DNA of 64,000 bases. It comes from Psammoneis japonica. Its lineage: Eukaryota. The stretch is from positions 62,001-126,000 of the forward strand of contig QPGO01000054.1 in assembly GCA_008632985.1 (NCBI GenBank), read 5' to 3'. Both the position numbers and the translations under genes were made by a program. The notes below the pieces were generated by a model. It was not told the origin of the DNA. It did no database searches and saw nothing but the letters and a program-made list of their open reading frames with translations. Below, in pieces: positions 26,001 through 36,090 of the stretch. Each line of letters begins with the position of its first letter. The first letter of the stretch is position 1.

Positions 26001-28116
26001 GTGTGCTTCAATTTAACTTTGCATGCTTCCATGATGTCGATGCAGAGCATCATGCCCTCTCTTTGCCACTTGCAAATCTCCAGAGGAGTCACAATCATGA
26101 TGTTCCTCTCATGGGAATGATGTGCTTGTTTGATCTTGCCTTTCAAGGCATCCACTGGTTGGCTCCACATGGCCACCATCTTGTCCATGAAGTCTTTGGG
26201 TGCAAAGGACAAGTTCTTCTTCACCTGAGTGGATCACAAAAATTGCTTGAAGTCCCTCACACTTGGAATTTCAGCCTCATGATGCAGTCTGAGCATGTGC
26301 TCAGCATTTGCCACCTCCCTCTTGCAGCAGCCTGTGGTGGCACTTTGATCCATGGTCAGAACTGTGGTTCCTGATGCACTCCTGTGCTCCTTCTTCTTCT
26401 TCTTCTTCTTCTTCTGTTTCAACAGCATGCTTGCGTGAGACTCTTTCTCTTGAAACTCGTTGACACAGTCAAAAAAACTTCTCATTGGGTCTGAAAGCAC
26501 ACAGCCTGATGTCAACGATCTTGACTTGCCAGTCTTCTCATCCAGCAGGCAGAACTCATCTGAAGCTTGGTTGTTGCATGTGATGCAGCGCTTTTTTCTT
26601 CATGTCCTTCAAACTCAGGACATTTGCTGTTGCATTCTCTGACCCAAGCTTTGTGTCTCCCCATGATGGAATGGCACAGTCTTTGTCCAGTGCATCCACT
26701 CCTGCATTTGTGGGCAGATGATTGTTGTTCTTTGCCGGTTGCACAGTGTGCACAAACCTCCAGCTTGCTGCCATGCTGAGGGTCAATCATTGTTGAGGAT
26801 GATCTCATCCATCTTGATGTCCATGTTGGCTTGTGCCATGCTTGTTTCTGGTTGCTCACTTGTGAGTTGCAGCTTGTGCCATGCAGCACATCTGTTTCTG
26901 GCAGAACAGCTTGGTCTGTTGGATGTTGTGGTGTTGATGCTTGCACTGTCACCATCCACGAGTCTGTGCATGACTGTGTCCCCTGATGTCCAGCTTCTGT
27001 CCTGTGTCCTGAAACCAATTGTTCTGCAATGTGTCACCTTTGTGCAAGCAGCTTGGGGACTTGTGGCATGGCTCTGGTCTTTGCTGTTGCTGTTGTCATT
27101 GTTGCCATCCTCCTTCTTTTTGCCCTTTTTGTTGCTGTTTCTTGTCCTGATGCAGCTGTCCTTTGGATGGCTCAGCAATGCATTCGCAGCTGTCTCCAAG
27201 GTCTTTGGGCAGGAGGCATCCTTGTCTGGACTGCAGTCCCTCACAAAGCTCTTCTTGAGGCCCTTGCAACAATGACTGTTGCTGTGCTCTGAGAACAGGT
27301 GTGTCATCCACTTCTTGCATGCCTCATCCTTTCGCTGTCTCTGAGTGTCAGGATTTGCTTCTTGTTGTTGTTTTGTGTTGGCAATGAACCCATCAAACAT
27401 TTTCTTTCCCTGGCCTTTGCTCACAGCATCCTGCCAGTTCTTGAACCTTGACAAACAGTCATCACCTGTTCTTTTGTTCTCTTGCTGCCTCACATCCAGG
27501 AGGTTCTTCAGTGACTTGGTCAGCATGTGGAATGGATGACAACCTCTCATCGAGTCAAATGTCAGGGTCTGAATTGGCCTCAGCAGCTCAATCAGATTGT
27601 CCCTCAGTGCAGGACAGGCTGGATCATGTTGCACTTGTTGTCTCATTTGCCTGGAACAACAGTCATCCCATGTTGTGAAGAATGCAACAGTCTTGTTCTC
27701 TTTGAACTGCACAATCTTCTTGCGGCAATCATGCAATTCCTCCATGGTGCACCTCCACTCTGGCTCCTTGTTTTTGCACTCACACTGTTTTGGCAAGCTT
27801 TGGCAATTGGCGCCTCCTGGACCTGGTGCTGTCTTCTGGGACATCTTCAGAGTGGGTTTCTAGCAGTTGAAGTCCTTGCATTTTGTGTCCTCCAGTGATC
27901 TTGCCAGATGGACTCCTTGCTCATTTTCCTTCTGCATGTGTCAAATGATCCATTCAACATTGAAGGATGGAACTTCAGCTCAGGCTGAGAGCACTTCTTG
28001 TTGTTGGGACTGTCTGACCTGTGGCTCTTGTCATCTCTGTCTTGGCTGCCAACTTGGCCAGATTGCTTGCCACTCCCTCTGCCACTCATGGCACAGGAGA
28101 TCTCAGGGGAAGTGAA

Positions 28117-28460
28117 TGTTAAACCAGCAAGTCGGTGTTGCCAAAAGGGAATCCTTGCTGGGCTTCATGTGCTGCTTGTTGCACTTGCTGCCTTGGCTTC
28201 TGCATTGGCTTTGGGTTGCCTGTGGTGCCAATGTAAAACCTCTAAACTGACAACACAACAGGCACCTGTTGATGCTGAATGACAAATTGCGCAAACCAAC
28301 AAATGGCTCACTTGAAAGAGCAAAAACAAAACAAAAAACAAAGGCAGGGGGATCAATGATGGTGCACTCTTGTCAAAGATCATCATCATTCTTTGCTGTG
28401 CCAGGATTCAAAATTTCTTTTCTTCAACACTTCCAGGTCCCACATCTGGGTGTCCCAACA
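28117..28460 (-). repeat. 5' LTR of the copia element
   Basis: Canonical TGTT...AACA termini (tgttaaacc...cccaaca), immediately upstream of gag start MSGRGSG at 28089. Confidence 0.88.
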
Positions 28461-29049
28461 ATTTCACCCTGTCAACTTTTTCTCTCCTCCCTTGGCAAAG
28501 TCCAATGCAGTGTCAGTGGGCAGCCACAAATTCACTTGGTCCATTGTGTGCTGTGACTTGTGCCACAATTGTTTTTTTGTCATTTCTGTGAGACTTTCTC
28601 ACAAATTTCACCTCATCAATTTCTGCTTTCTTTGTTTTGACTGATGTCGACAGGGTGAGATTTGTGTGCACACCCCACAGGTGAGGAGAGGGCTGGAGGT
28701 GGCCATGGGGAATTCTCCTGAGCACCTTGTGGCTCCCTTTCTCAGTTCAAGAATGGCAGCAGATGGAGAGGAAAAAGTGTCAGACCCCTTTTCCAGCAAT
28801 TTTGAAGACTTTGCTGGTGATGAAAAAGAACAAGAGGCCATCTCTTCTCACTGATCACAGCACAGTGCAGGGAGAATGGAGCTGCTGCTGGCAATGACTC
28901 TCTTTGCAAACAATGAGCAGAAGGTGGCTGTGATGTCACCAGAAAAAATTGCACTTGTGTCACTCTCAAATGCAGTCACAAACAACTGAAATGTTTTTGC
29001 AACTTGGGGGGGGTGCAATTTTGAATCCACACAACTTTTTTCAGGTCAA

Positions 29050-32000
29050 GAGAAAACACAAAACAAGGAGGCCAACTTGCAACAATGCAAAGCAGCACCA
29101 CAGCATGTCACACACAACACAAAAGTTGTGAGAAAACACAGCAATTGCAGCTCAGAGACAGACCAGTCTCTGAGTGAGCAGACGCCGATGATGACAAGGT
29201 TGGCAGAGACATTGTCAAGGGTGAGAGACCACATCAAAGAAAAAGAGCCTCTCTGAGCATCACACTCACATTTGATGCAAAGCAATTTGAGGAAACAGGC
29301 ATGCTGTGTGAAGACAAAATTTGCTGCAAGTGTCATTGAGCAAGATGGAAAACCAACTCCCACATCTTGCTGTTTCTCATGATGCAGGGGTGCAAGAAGA
29401 CAAAGAAGCAAGAACTCTCTGCTCTGAGGCCAACAGATGTTGCAAGCAAGCTTGAGAGCATCATCAACAAGGGTTTCATGGAAACAGAAGTTGTCATGAA
29501 GAAGGGAAAGTGTGCAAGACACTCAAGCACTTTGCAGCAAGCAACTGGAACCCAGCAGAGGAAGACACAGGCAGAAGATGATGCAAAATGCCAAGGAAGA
29601 GCAAGGGATGGTTGATGAGAGCCAACAAGTTCTTCTGCAAGCTGTTCATGGAAATCAAACAAGACATTGCTTCAAGTGAATGACTGCTCCTCTGCTGACA
29701 GGAAGATTTGCACAAAAGAGCTGCAGCCAACTGTTGAAAGCAAACAGGAAAAGAGCTTGATGACTTGGGTGGTGAAGGAGACCACATGACAAGCTGCACC
29801 AAGATCTGTGAACTGGAGCCAGTGGTGGCAGTTTTGCAGACAAAAACCCACAAGCAGAATTTTTTTCATTGTTCAACATGAGATTCCAAGGCAACGCTCC
29901 ACTCCAGAAACTGCACTTTAGACAGCAACCATCAAGTTGAACATTTTGGGGGTGCAAACTTGGTGAGTTTTGCTGCACACTGACTGGGTTGACAAGATCT
30001 TGATTTGAAATCATGCACTCACACTCACACACCTTTTCTTGGACTGCAGTCCACTTTTCTTGGACTGCAGTCCACTCATCAGTCAGGGGGGGGGGGAGAT
30101 TCCCAAATTTGCCCCCCCCCGATGCCATGCAGTGGCTTCAGCCAATGCTCAGCAGACAACACAAACACTCAAAAAGTGCACTGGTCAGCAACACAACAAC
30201 TGCTCTTTGGGCATGCACAAGCATTTTGCAAATGCAAAAAGCAAAGTTCTTGCTGGCTGTTGTGGCAAATGTCCCCATTGGAAGCACGGGCTGCTTCTTC
30301 AACAGGCAGCCACCATTTTACATCAAGCTTGCTTCCAAAGACATGTGCAGTCAAATGCATGTGTGGAGAAAAGCCACCAAGAACCCAAGCCTTCAAATTT
30401 GCAAGGCAATCATGTGTGGATGATGTTCAATGACTGAACTCCAGCAGATTTGGCTTGCAACAAGAGCAAAACAATCAACTTGCGCACCTTTGGCAAAGAG
30501 CTGAAGTGGCCACATCAACAAAGATGATGATGTGTTCTTTTTCAAAAACATCAATGGAGATTTTTGTGAGCTCCATGCAACAACAACAAGCAAAGTGATT
30601 CAGAAACCCACATTGTTCCTGTGGTGTTTGCCATTTCAAAATTTTTGAGAATGGCGGGGGGAAACCAGCAGCGGTGTTTCGCTCTCACATTTGTGTGGCT
30701 TTTGCAAACCCCAATGCAGTGCATCAGTTGATTTGGCACAGTGCAAGCTCCAAACTCCAAGATTTCTTTTCCTCCAACCTTCATGCACCTCACTGCATTG
30801 TTGCATCATGTGTCACCCCCCTCACACACCCACAATGGCAGAAAAAACCACAAAGCCCACCATCACTGCAGTTGCATCACACAATGTCACAGTTTGGGAT
30901 GATTGGGCTCAATCAATTCCATGGCTGCACATTTGTGAAATTAACAGAGAGGGCTTTGACCACCAAAAGCAAATGCTGAGTCAGAATTTGACCACAGCAG
31001 CACACAAAAAGCAGAAAAAGAGCCCAGAAGGAATTGGAAGCAGCACATGAAGCACATCCTTTGCAAGACACAAGCAACAAAAAATCAACACAGCAGTGGC
31101 TGTTTGAGACTTCTGAATTGTACAAAATGGCAGCCTTTGGTGCATGCATTGGCAAAGCATGTTTTGCAGGGCACAATGCAATTGACAAGCTTTTTTGTGG
31201 TGGCTTTTTTGGTGGACATTGTGATGCAAGTTCTGCACAAAGCTGCCCAAGGCATGCGTGGTGCACAGCTTGTCATGGAAATGGCTTTTTTTTTAAGAAA
31301 TGGCAAGAAGAATCAGAGTGCATGTGAGCCATCCTCTTTTGCATTGCAAACACATTGGCACACCTTTCCTCTTGTTCAAAATGCTGTCTGTCTCATTTGG
31401 CGCCTTTTTTGGAATGGCACAAATGTGGATTGTGTGTTGCAATGGATCCTGGCACTCCAGCTGAGATTTGTTTAGCCTGAATGGCATCCATGGCCGGGGA
31501 TGACAATGTCTTGGCTGGCACTTTGTCCATCCTTGCCCTGTGCTGGTGTGCACATTGCTGAGTTTTGTCCTTCGCTGAAGACATTTGGAGATGTGCAACG
31601 TCTTTCTTTGGTTGCCAACTGTTGTGCAGTTTAATTCTAGCCTCACTCTTCACCCACTGCTGCTGTTCATCTCCAATCACAGTCAGCATCTTCATGCAAG
31701 AAATGGACAAGCAGTGGTGCAGTGGTTGGCAAGCTGCAGAGAGATTTGATCCATGAACTGCTTTGTGTCCGATTCCAGCACCACTTTGCCCCATGCACAA
31801 GAGAGTGAGGGGATTGGTTTGTCCCATGAAATTGCTGCAGCAGCTGGCAGGGAAGTCATCAGTGAATCCACAATGTTCACATCAAACAGTTGCTGTCATG
31901 CAAGCAACATCACCTCCTGTTCCATCACTGGGACAGGTGAAATTCAATGAGTTGATTGTGCAAAATCAGAGTTGCAAGTCATTTGAGCCACTCACAAATG

Positions 32001-33950
32001 CCAATGATTTTCACAGTTTGGAAGAAAATGAGTTGGCAAAAATGCATGCAAGCATGGCTGGCAGAATTGCAAAACTCTCACAAGCCTTGAAAGAGCCCTT
32101 CATGAAGCAGAAGCAGCCCAATGAGGAGTTGCAACAAGAATTTGAAGCCAGGCTCAACTGCTTTGAGAAACTTCATCTCAAGCAACATCAACAAAATGGC
32201 ACTGAGTCACAACAAGAGTTTGGTGCAAGGAGAAACTTTTTCAAGCACCACAACAATCAACAGCTGGACAGAGAGCAAGAGACAGCATTTTTTTACAAGC
32301 CCTTTGGTTGCCATGCAAGAACACAACAAAATTGCACCAACAAAAATGACCAATCCTGGGGAAGCATGCAAAGCACAAGCAATTCCAAACAGTCGCCATG
32401 ATTTGATGCGTCCAAGGTGCCAACACTGCATCAGATGCCAAGGTGCAATGCCTGCTCTTTTGTGAAAAGTGCAGATGAGACCATTGACCCCAGCCTGCGT
32501 GGGTGCACAACTGCAGAACTGTCCATGGGCAATCAAATCAGAAGACTGTTGTCACCAAAGCAGATGACCTTTTGCAGGTTTTTGGAGGCATTGGTTTTGT
32601 CTGAGGGGCGTGCCTTTTTAGGTGACATCTTAATGGCATTTAGACCAAACAGGTTGCTTGTGGGAAGTGACATGAAAGCATCCATTCCCAGCCTTTCAAA
32701 CAAGTGTGATGCAAAAGCCACAGAAGACTCCTTCAAAGCAGATGAAATGTCAGACTCACAGCACACATGTGCAACTGCAGCTTTTGAAATGATGGTTTTG
32801 AAGACAAGAACTTGACTCAGGAACAATTGCAGTGTGTCTCAAAAAAATTGTGCATGGCCATTGAATCAGGACAAAGCCAATGACGAGGCTGCTGCCCAGG
32901 GCCCCATTGGAAGGTTGTTGCTGGGGCTGACACAATGGCGACACAGGAAGCTGCCATGAGAAAAATGGTTTCCAGCAAAGAGCTCTCTCACTCTGATGAA
33001 ATGCTTGCTTTGGAGTTGCATCAAAAAGTTGTTGCCAGAAAGCACACAAGACCATCAATCAGAAGCAAGCCTTGACCTCAAACATCCCACAAGGGAAAGC
33101 ATCAAGCAATGCAAGGAAAAGCTTTGACACACTGGTTCATTTGCTGCTGAGGCTGCAAGCATGACCCAACAAGAGAGAAAGCCATCTTGAGTTGCTGTTG
33201 ACAATGTGGTGTCCAGCGCAGACTTTGATGTAGACCAGTCTGATGTGCACATCAAGTTGTTGTCAGGGGAGGACATCATGCCCAAAAAAAGGAGTTGTCA
33301 TCACTGGAAATTCAGCACATTGTTGCAGACAGAGGCTTGGAGAAGTCAGAAGAAGTGACGCTTTGGGAAATGACCAAGAGACAAGATCTTGCTCATGAAG
33401 AGACCAAGAGAAAATCAAGGCAGCTGCTGCTTTGCCAGATTTTTGTCTTGAACAATGACTTGCAGCTCAACAGCAAGAAAGCTTTTGTCTGATTGGTGTC
33501 CAGGAGTCAGGATCTTGCTTTGGAAGAGGAGGCTCTTGCCAAGTCTACAAGCCAACAAATTTCATTGAGCAAATGCTTGGCACAAAAAAGAAGCTGCAAT
33601 GCAGAAGGTGGTGTCAGGGGATGCTGTTTCTGATGAGGAAGTCCAGCTGCCTTTTTGGGCATGCCAGAAAATGTCCGAATCCAGATGAAATGTGCTTGGC
33701 AAGTCTCATGTGACAAGAGTGAGAGGTGACAGACATCAAGACAGGAGAGGTTGCTGTGATGATGCTTCAGAAAGTGCAGGCAGGAAAATCAATGAAAGCA
33801 AGAAGGGAGGCCATGCAGAAAATGGTGTGTGGCAAAGAGCTCTCTCAACAGAAGACACTTTAGACAGCTGGTGCAATGCAAGCCACAAACTCTCTCCAAC
33901 ACAAATGCATCCACAAACAAAATGAAGGTTGGGACAGAGTCTGGCTTCAC
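29050..33950 (+). pseudogene. Degenerate coding remnants of unidentified TE(s) or gene(s)
   Basis: Chain of broken plus-strand frames with protein-like composition once some Cys/His are read as Tyr (31034-31327, 31763-32401, 32417-32815). No family motif confidently recognised. Confidence 0.45.
30033..30074. repeat. Exact 21-bp tandem duplication, each copy containing the 14-bp palindrome TGGACTGCAGTCCA
   Basis: cttttcttggactgcagtcca at 30033-30053 and 30054-30074. Confidence 0.95.
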
Positions 33951-34183
33951 CAGTTGCTGTTCTGACAAGGACAAGAGCAAAGAAGAAGACTTCTTTGACC
34001 CCTTTTGAAAACTCAATGTCACTTAAGATCAGGAGAGCAGACTTGGACTTCCAAACTCCTCTGCAGAGTGAGAGGATCCCATGATGGTGTGCCAGCCAAC
34101 CTGACAACCGCAAACTGAGGTCATTGGTGGTGTCTGGTGGACCCCATGTGACAGTTTGAGAACTGTGGCTGGGCATTGCAAGG

Positions 34184-34467
34184 CCCAGTTTCTGCCCACC
34201 ACCAAGGGCATCCAATGGTTTTGTCATCTGGCTCCACCACAAGGTTTGTGGGCATGTCATCATTTCCCTTGTCTGGTGGTGCTCCAGCCATGCTGGGGGC
34301 GGGGTCGGACGGTCGAGGAGCACGAGAGCCAAAGCAAGCTGCAACATCAGTGCAGCCCTTCTGAGTTGCACTGCAAACATGATGAAGTTGGAGAGTGGTT
34401 CACGTGTTGTTGTGATGCTTTTTGACCTCACTGCTGCTCCCTCGTCCGGCAGCCAAACCCGGAAACC
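34184..34467 (-). pseudogene. Truncated, mutated duplicate of the GNAT 5' CDS and upstream region (source 21574-21897)
   Basis: Shared blocks ctgcccaccaccaag, atccaatggttttgtc, ccttctgagttgcactgc, ttggagag, aacccggaaacc in the same order and orientation. Confidence 0.92.
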
Positions 34468-34999
34468 TTGCAAGGTGTGGTTTTGTCGCAGACAATGCTT
34501 TGCCATTTGCCATTGCCCATTGCCAATGGCAGACTCTAGAGCAGGCCCAACGCTGCATCTCGCTCGCGATTGCTCATGATCGCGATGACACAGCACCGCT
34601 TTACCTTGCACTCTAGAGAGTGGACTCTAGAAGCAGCGGGAGCATCCATTGAGGGCTTGCAGTGCACTGATGCAAAGCAACCCATCGCCCTACGAAACCA
34701 TGAGTTCAGCATCATCTACGCTTGTCCGGGGGATGATCCATCGTTGCCATGAAGTCAAGCCTTCCAAAGTGTGAGAAGTGTTTTCGCAAGGACGGCGTGA
34801 CATCTGGGCATCCCAACCCATGTTTCCCGGATTTTTCTTTTCTCCCATGCCCCATGCGAGACTTTGTTCTTGATCCGACCCTTTGCTGTCTCTGCCACTC
34901 TTGCTCCCCTCTTGGGAGAACGAAGCGATGCCATTGCTGCCCGTGTGTTTCGTGTCATGCCAGCACCAGCACGGCTTGTGCACAACAAGAAGGTTGACA

Positions 35000-36090
35000 A
35001 AAAATGACAACAACAAAGACGGAGTGGGAAGCACGGCGAGGAACTCAATCATGCATGTTGTGCCTTCCTCAAAGACTCCAAAGTTCACGCCTCCGTCTGA
35101 CATGCAAAGTGCTTTTGTGGGTGCCATTGCCTTTACGTGCAGCACCATTTCAGATGTTGTGTCGGCTGCCATGATGCCTGAGCAAATGAAAAAAAAGGTT
35201 CGAAGCCATGGCGCGACTCAAAGCTCACCCATTTGGATGCATCTGGTGTGGGAGATGAGCTTGAAGAGGTGAGCCAAGATGTTGCATGGACAACAGAAGC
35301 TGACTCATTCCCGCTTTTTCAATTTTCAGGCCCTCATGAAACCCATGTTGTGAGGGCGTTTGCTTGACAATGTGAAGATCTTGAATGACATCCAGGAGAA
35401 GAATGACGCTGATCATTGCGAGAAGGCTCAGTCTCGCAATGTCAGCAACATTGATGAAGAAGCCAAAGAAGGAAATCGATGCATGAGGTTCGCTGCAGCA
35501 GGCAAGGCGCGCACGCACACAAGTCTTCAATTGTGCTTTTCCAACTTTTGTTTGACTCACTCAACCATCTCCAAAACATCGACATTCCCAGCTTGCACAA
35601 CCGAAATGATTCGGAGCGCCATTGACAAAGAGGTCCATCCAGAAGAATTGCAAGATCAAAAGACGGCGATTGCTCGTCATGCCATGACATCTCCTGAGGA
35701 CGTGAAACTCTTGTGCGCAAAGGACGACAGCAATGACTGCCATGTTCTGCACCACTTTGTAGCTGTGGACACAGAAAACGAGTCAATCGTGTGGTCATTG
35801 CGAGGTGCACCATCAATGTCTGGATCCATCGTGGACATTCAGGGCATGGAATGTGAGTGGCAGGTGTTTCTCATGCTGCGTTCTCACTGCAGGCACAGAA
35901 CGAACCCGGTCATGACAGGCGAAACCTGCAAACAAGGAGTCTCAATGGCCCATGCGCACAGCACGTTCAGTGATCACTTTTACTTTACACCGAGATTGCA
36001 GACTTTTTCGCATCCCGTTGGTTTTCTCAACCGCTCAGGCAACTGCATGAGGCATGCCTGAGCATGGGGCATGGCCAAGATCCCGCCCCC
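35000..36090 (+). pseudogene. Class 3 lipase (DAG-lipase-like) pseudogene
   Basis: CMRFAAAG (cf. YMRFA.AAYG), HFVAVDTENESIVWSLRGAPSMSGSIVD (cf. IVLSIRGT.S..D), GMAKI; no catalytic GHSLG found; stops and frameshifts. Ends approximate. Confidence 0.65.

Larger units (their letters stand above)
22678..28460 (-). mobile_element. Full-length but dead Ty1/copia LTR retrotransposon (diatom CoDi-like), about 5.8 kb
   Basis: Order gag (28089-26900), protease (ILNND), integrase (VEQSIKTIKEQIQAT), RT (FNLCDPCIAN, FHVDNLLSSH, HNCLGMTLDF), RNase H (SSTEAE, QDNKSA, CCPTDGMFGDFMTKPLQGKKF). Two LTRs; 5-bp TSD ATTTC at 22673-22677 and 28461-28465. Confidence 0.92.

Noticed and set aside
21930..34280. Classical fungal-type RIP
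   Set aside because: RIP converts CpA to TpA and enriches TpA; here TpA is lost and CpA/TpG gained.
21930..34280. Alternative genetic code or foreign-genome contamination
   Set aside because: The domain contains a mutated copy of the adjacent host gene and host-type intergenic motifs, and its frames are broken.
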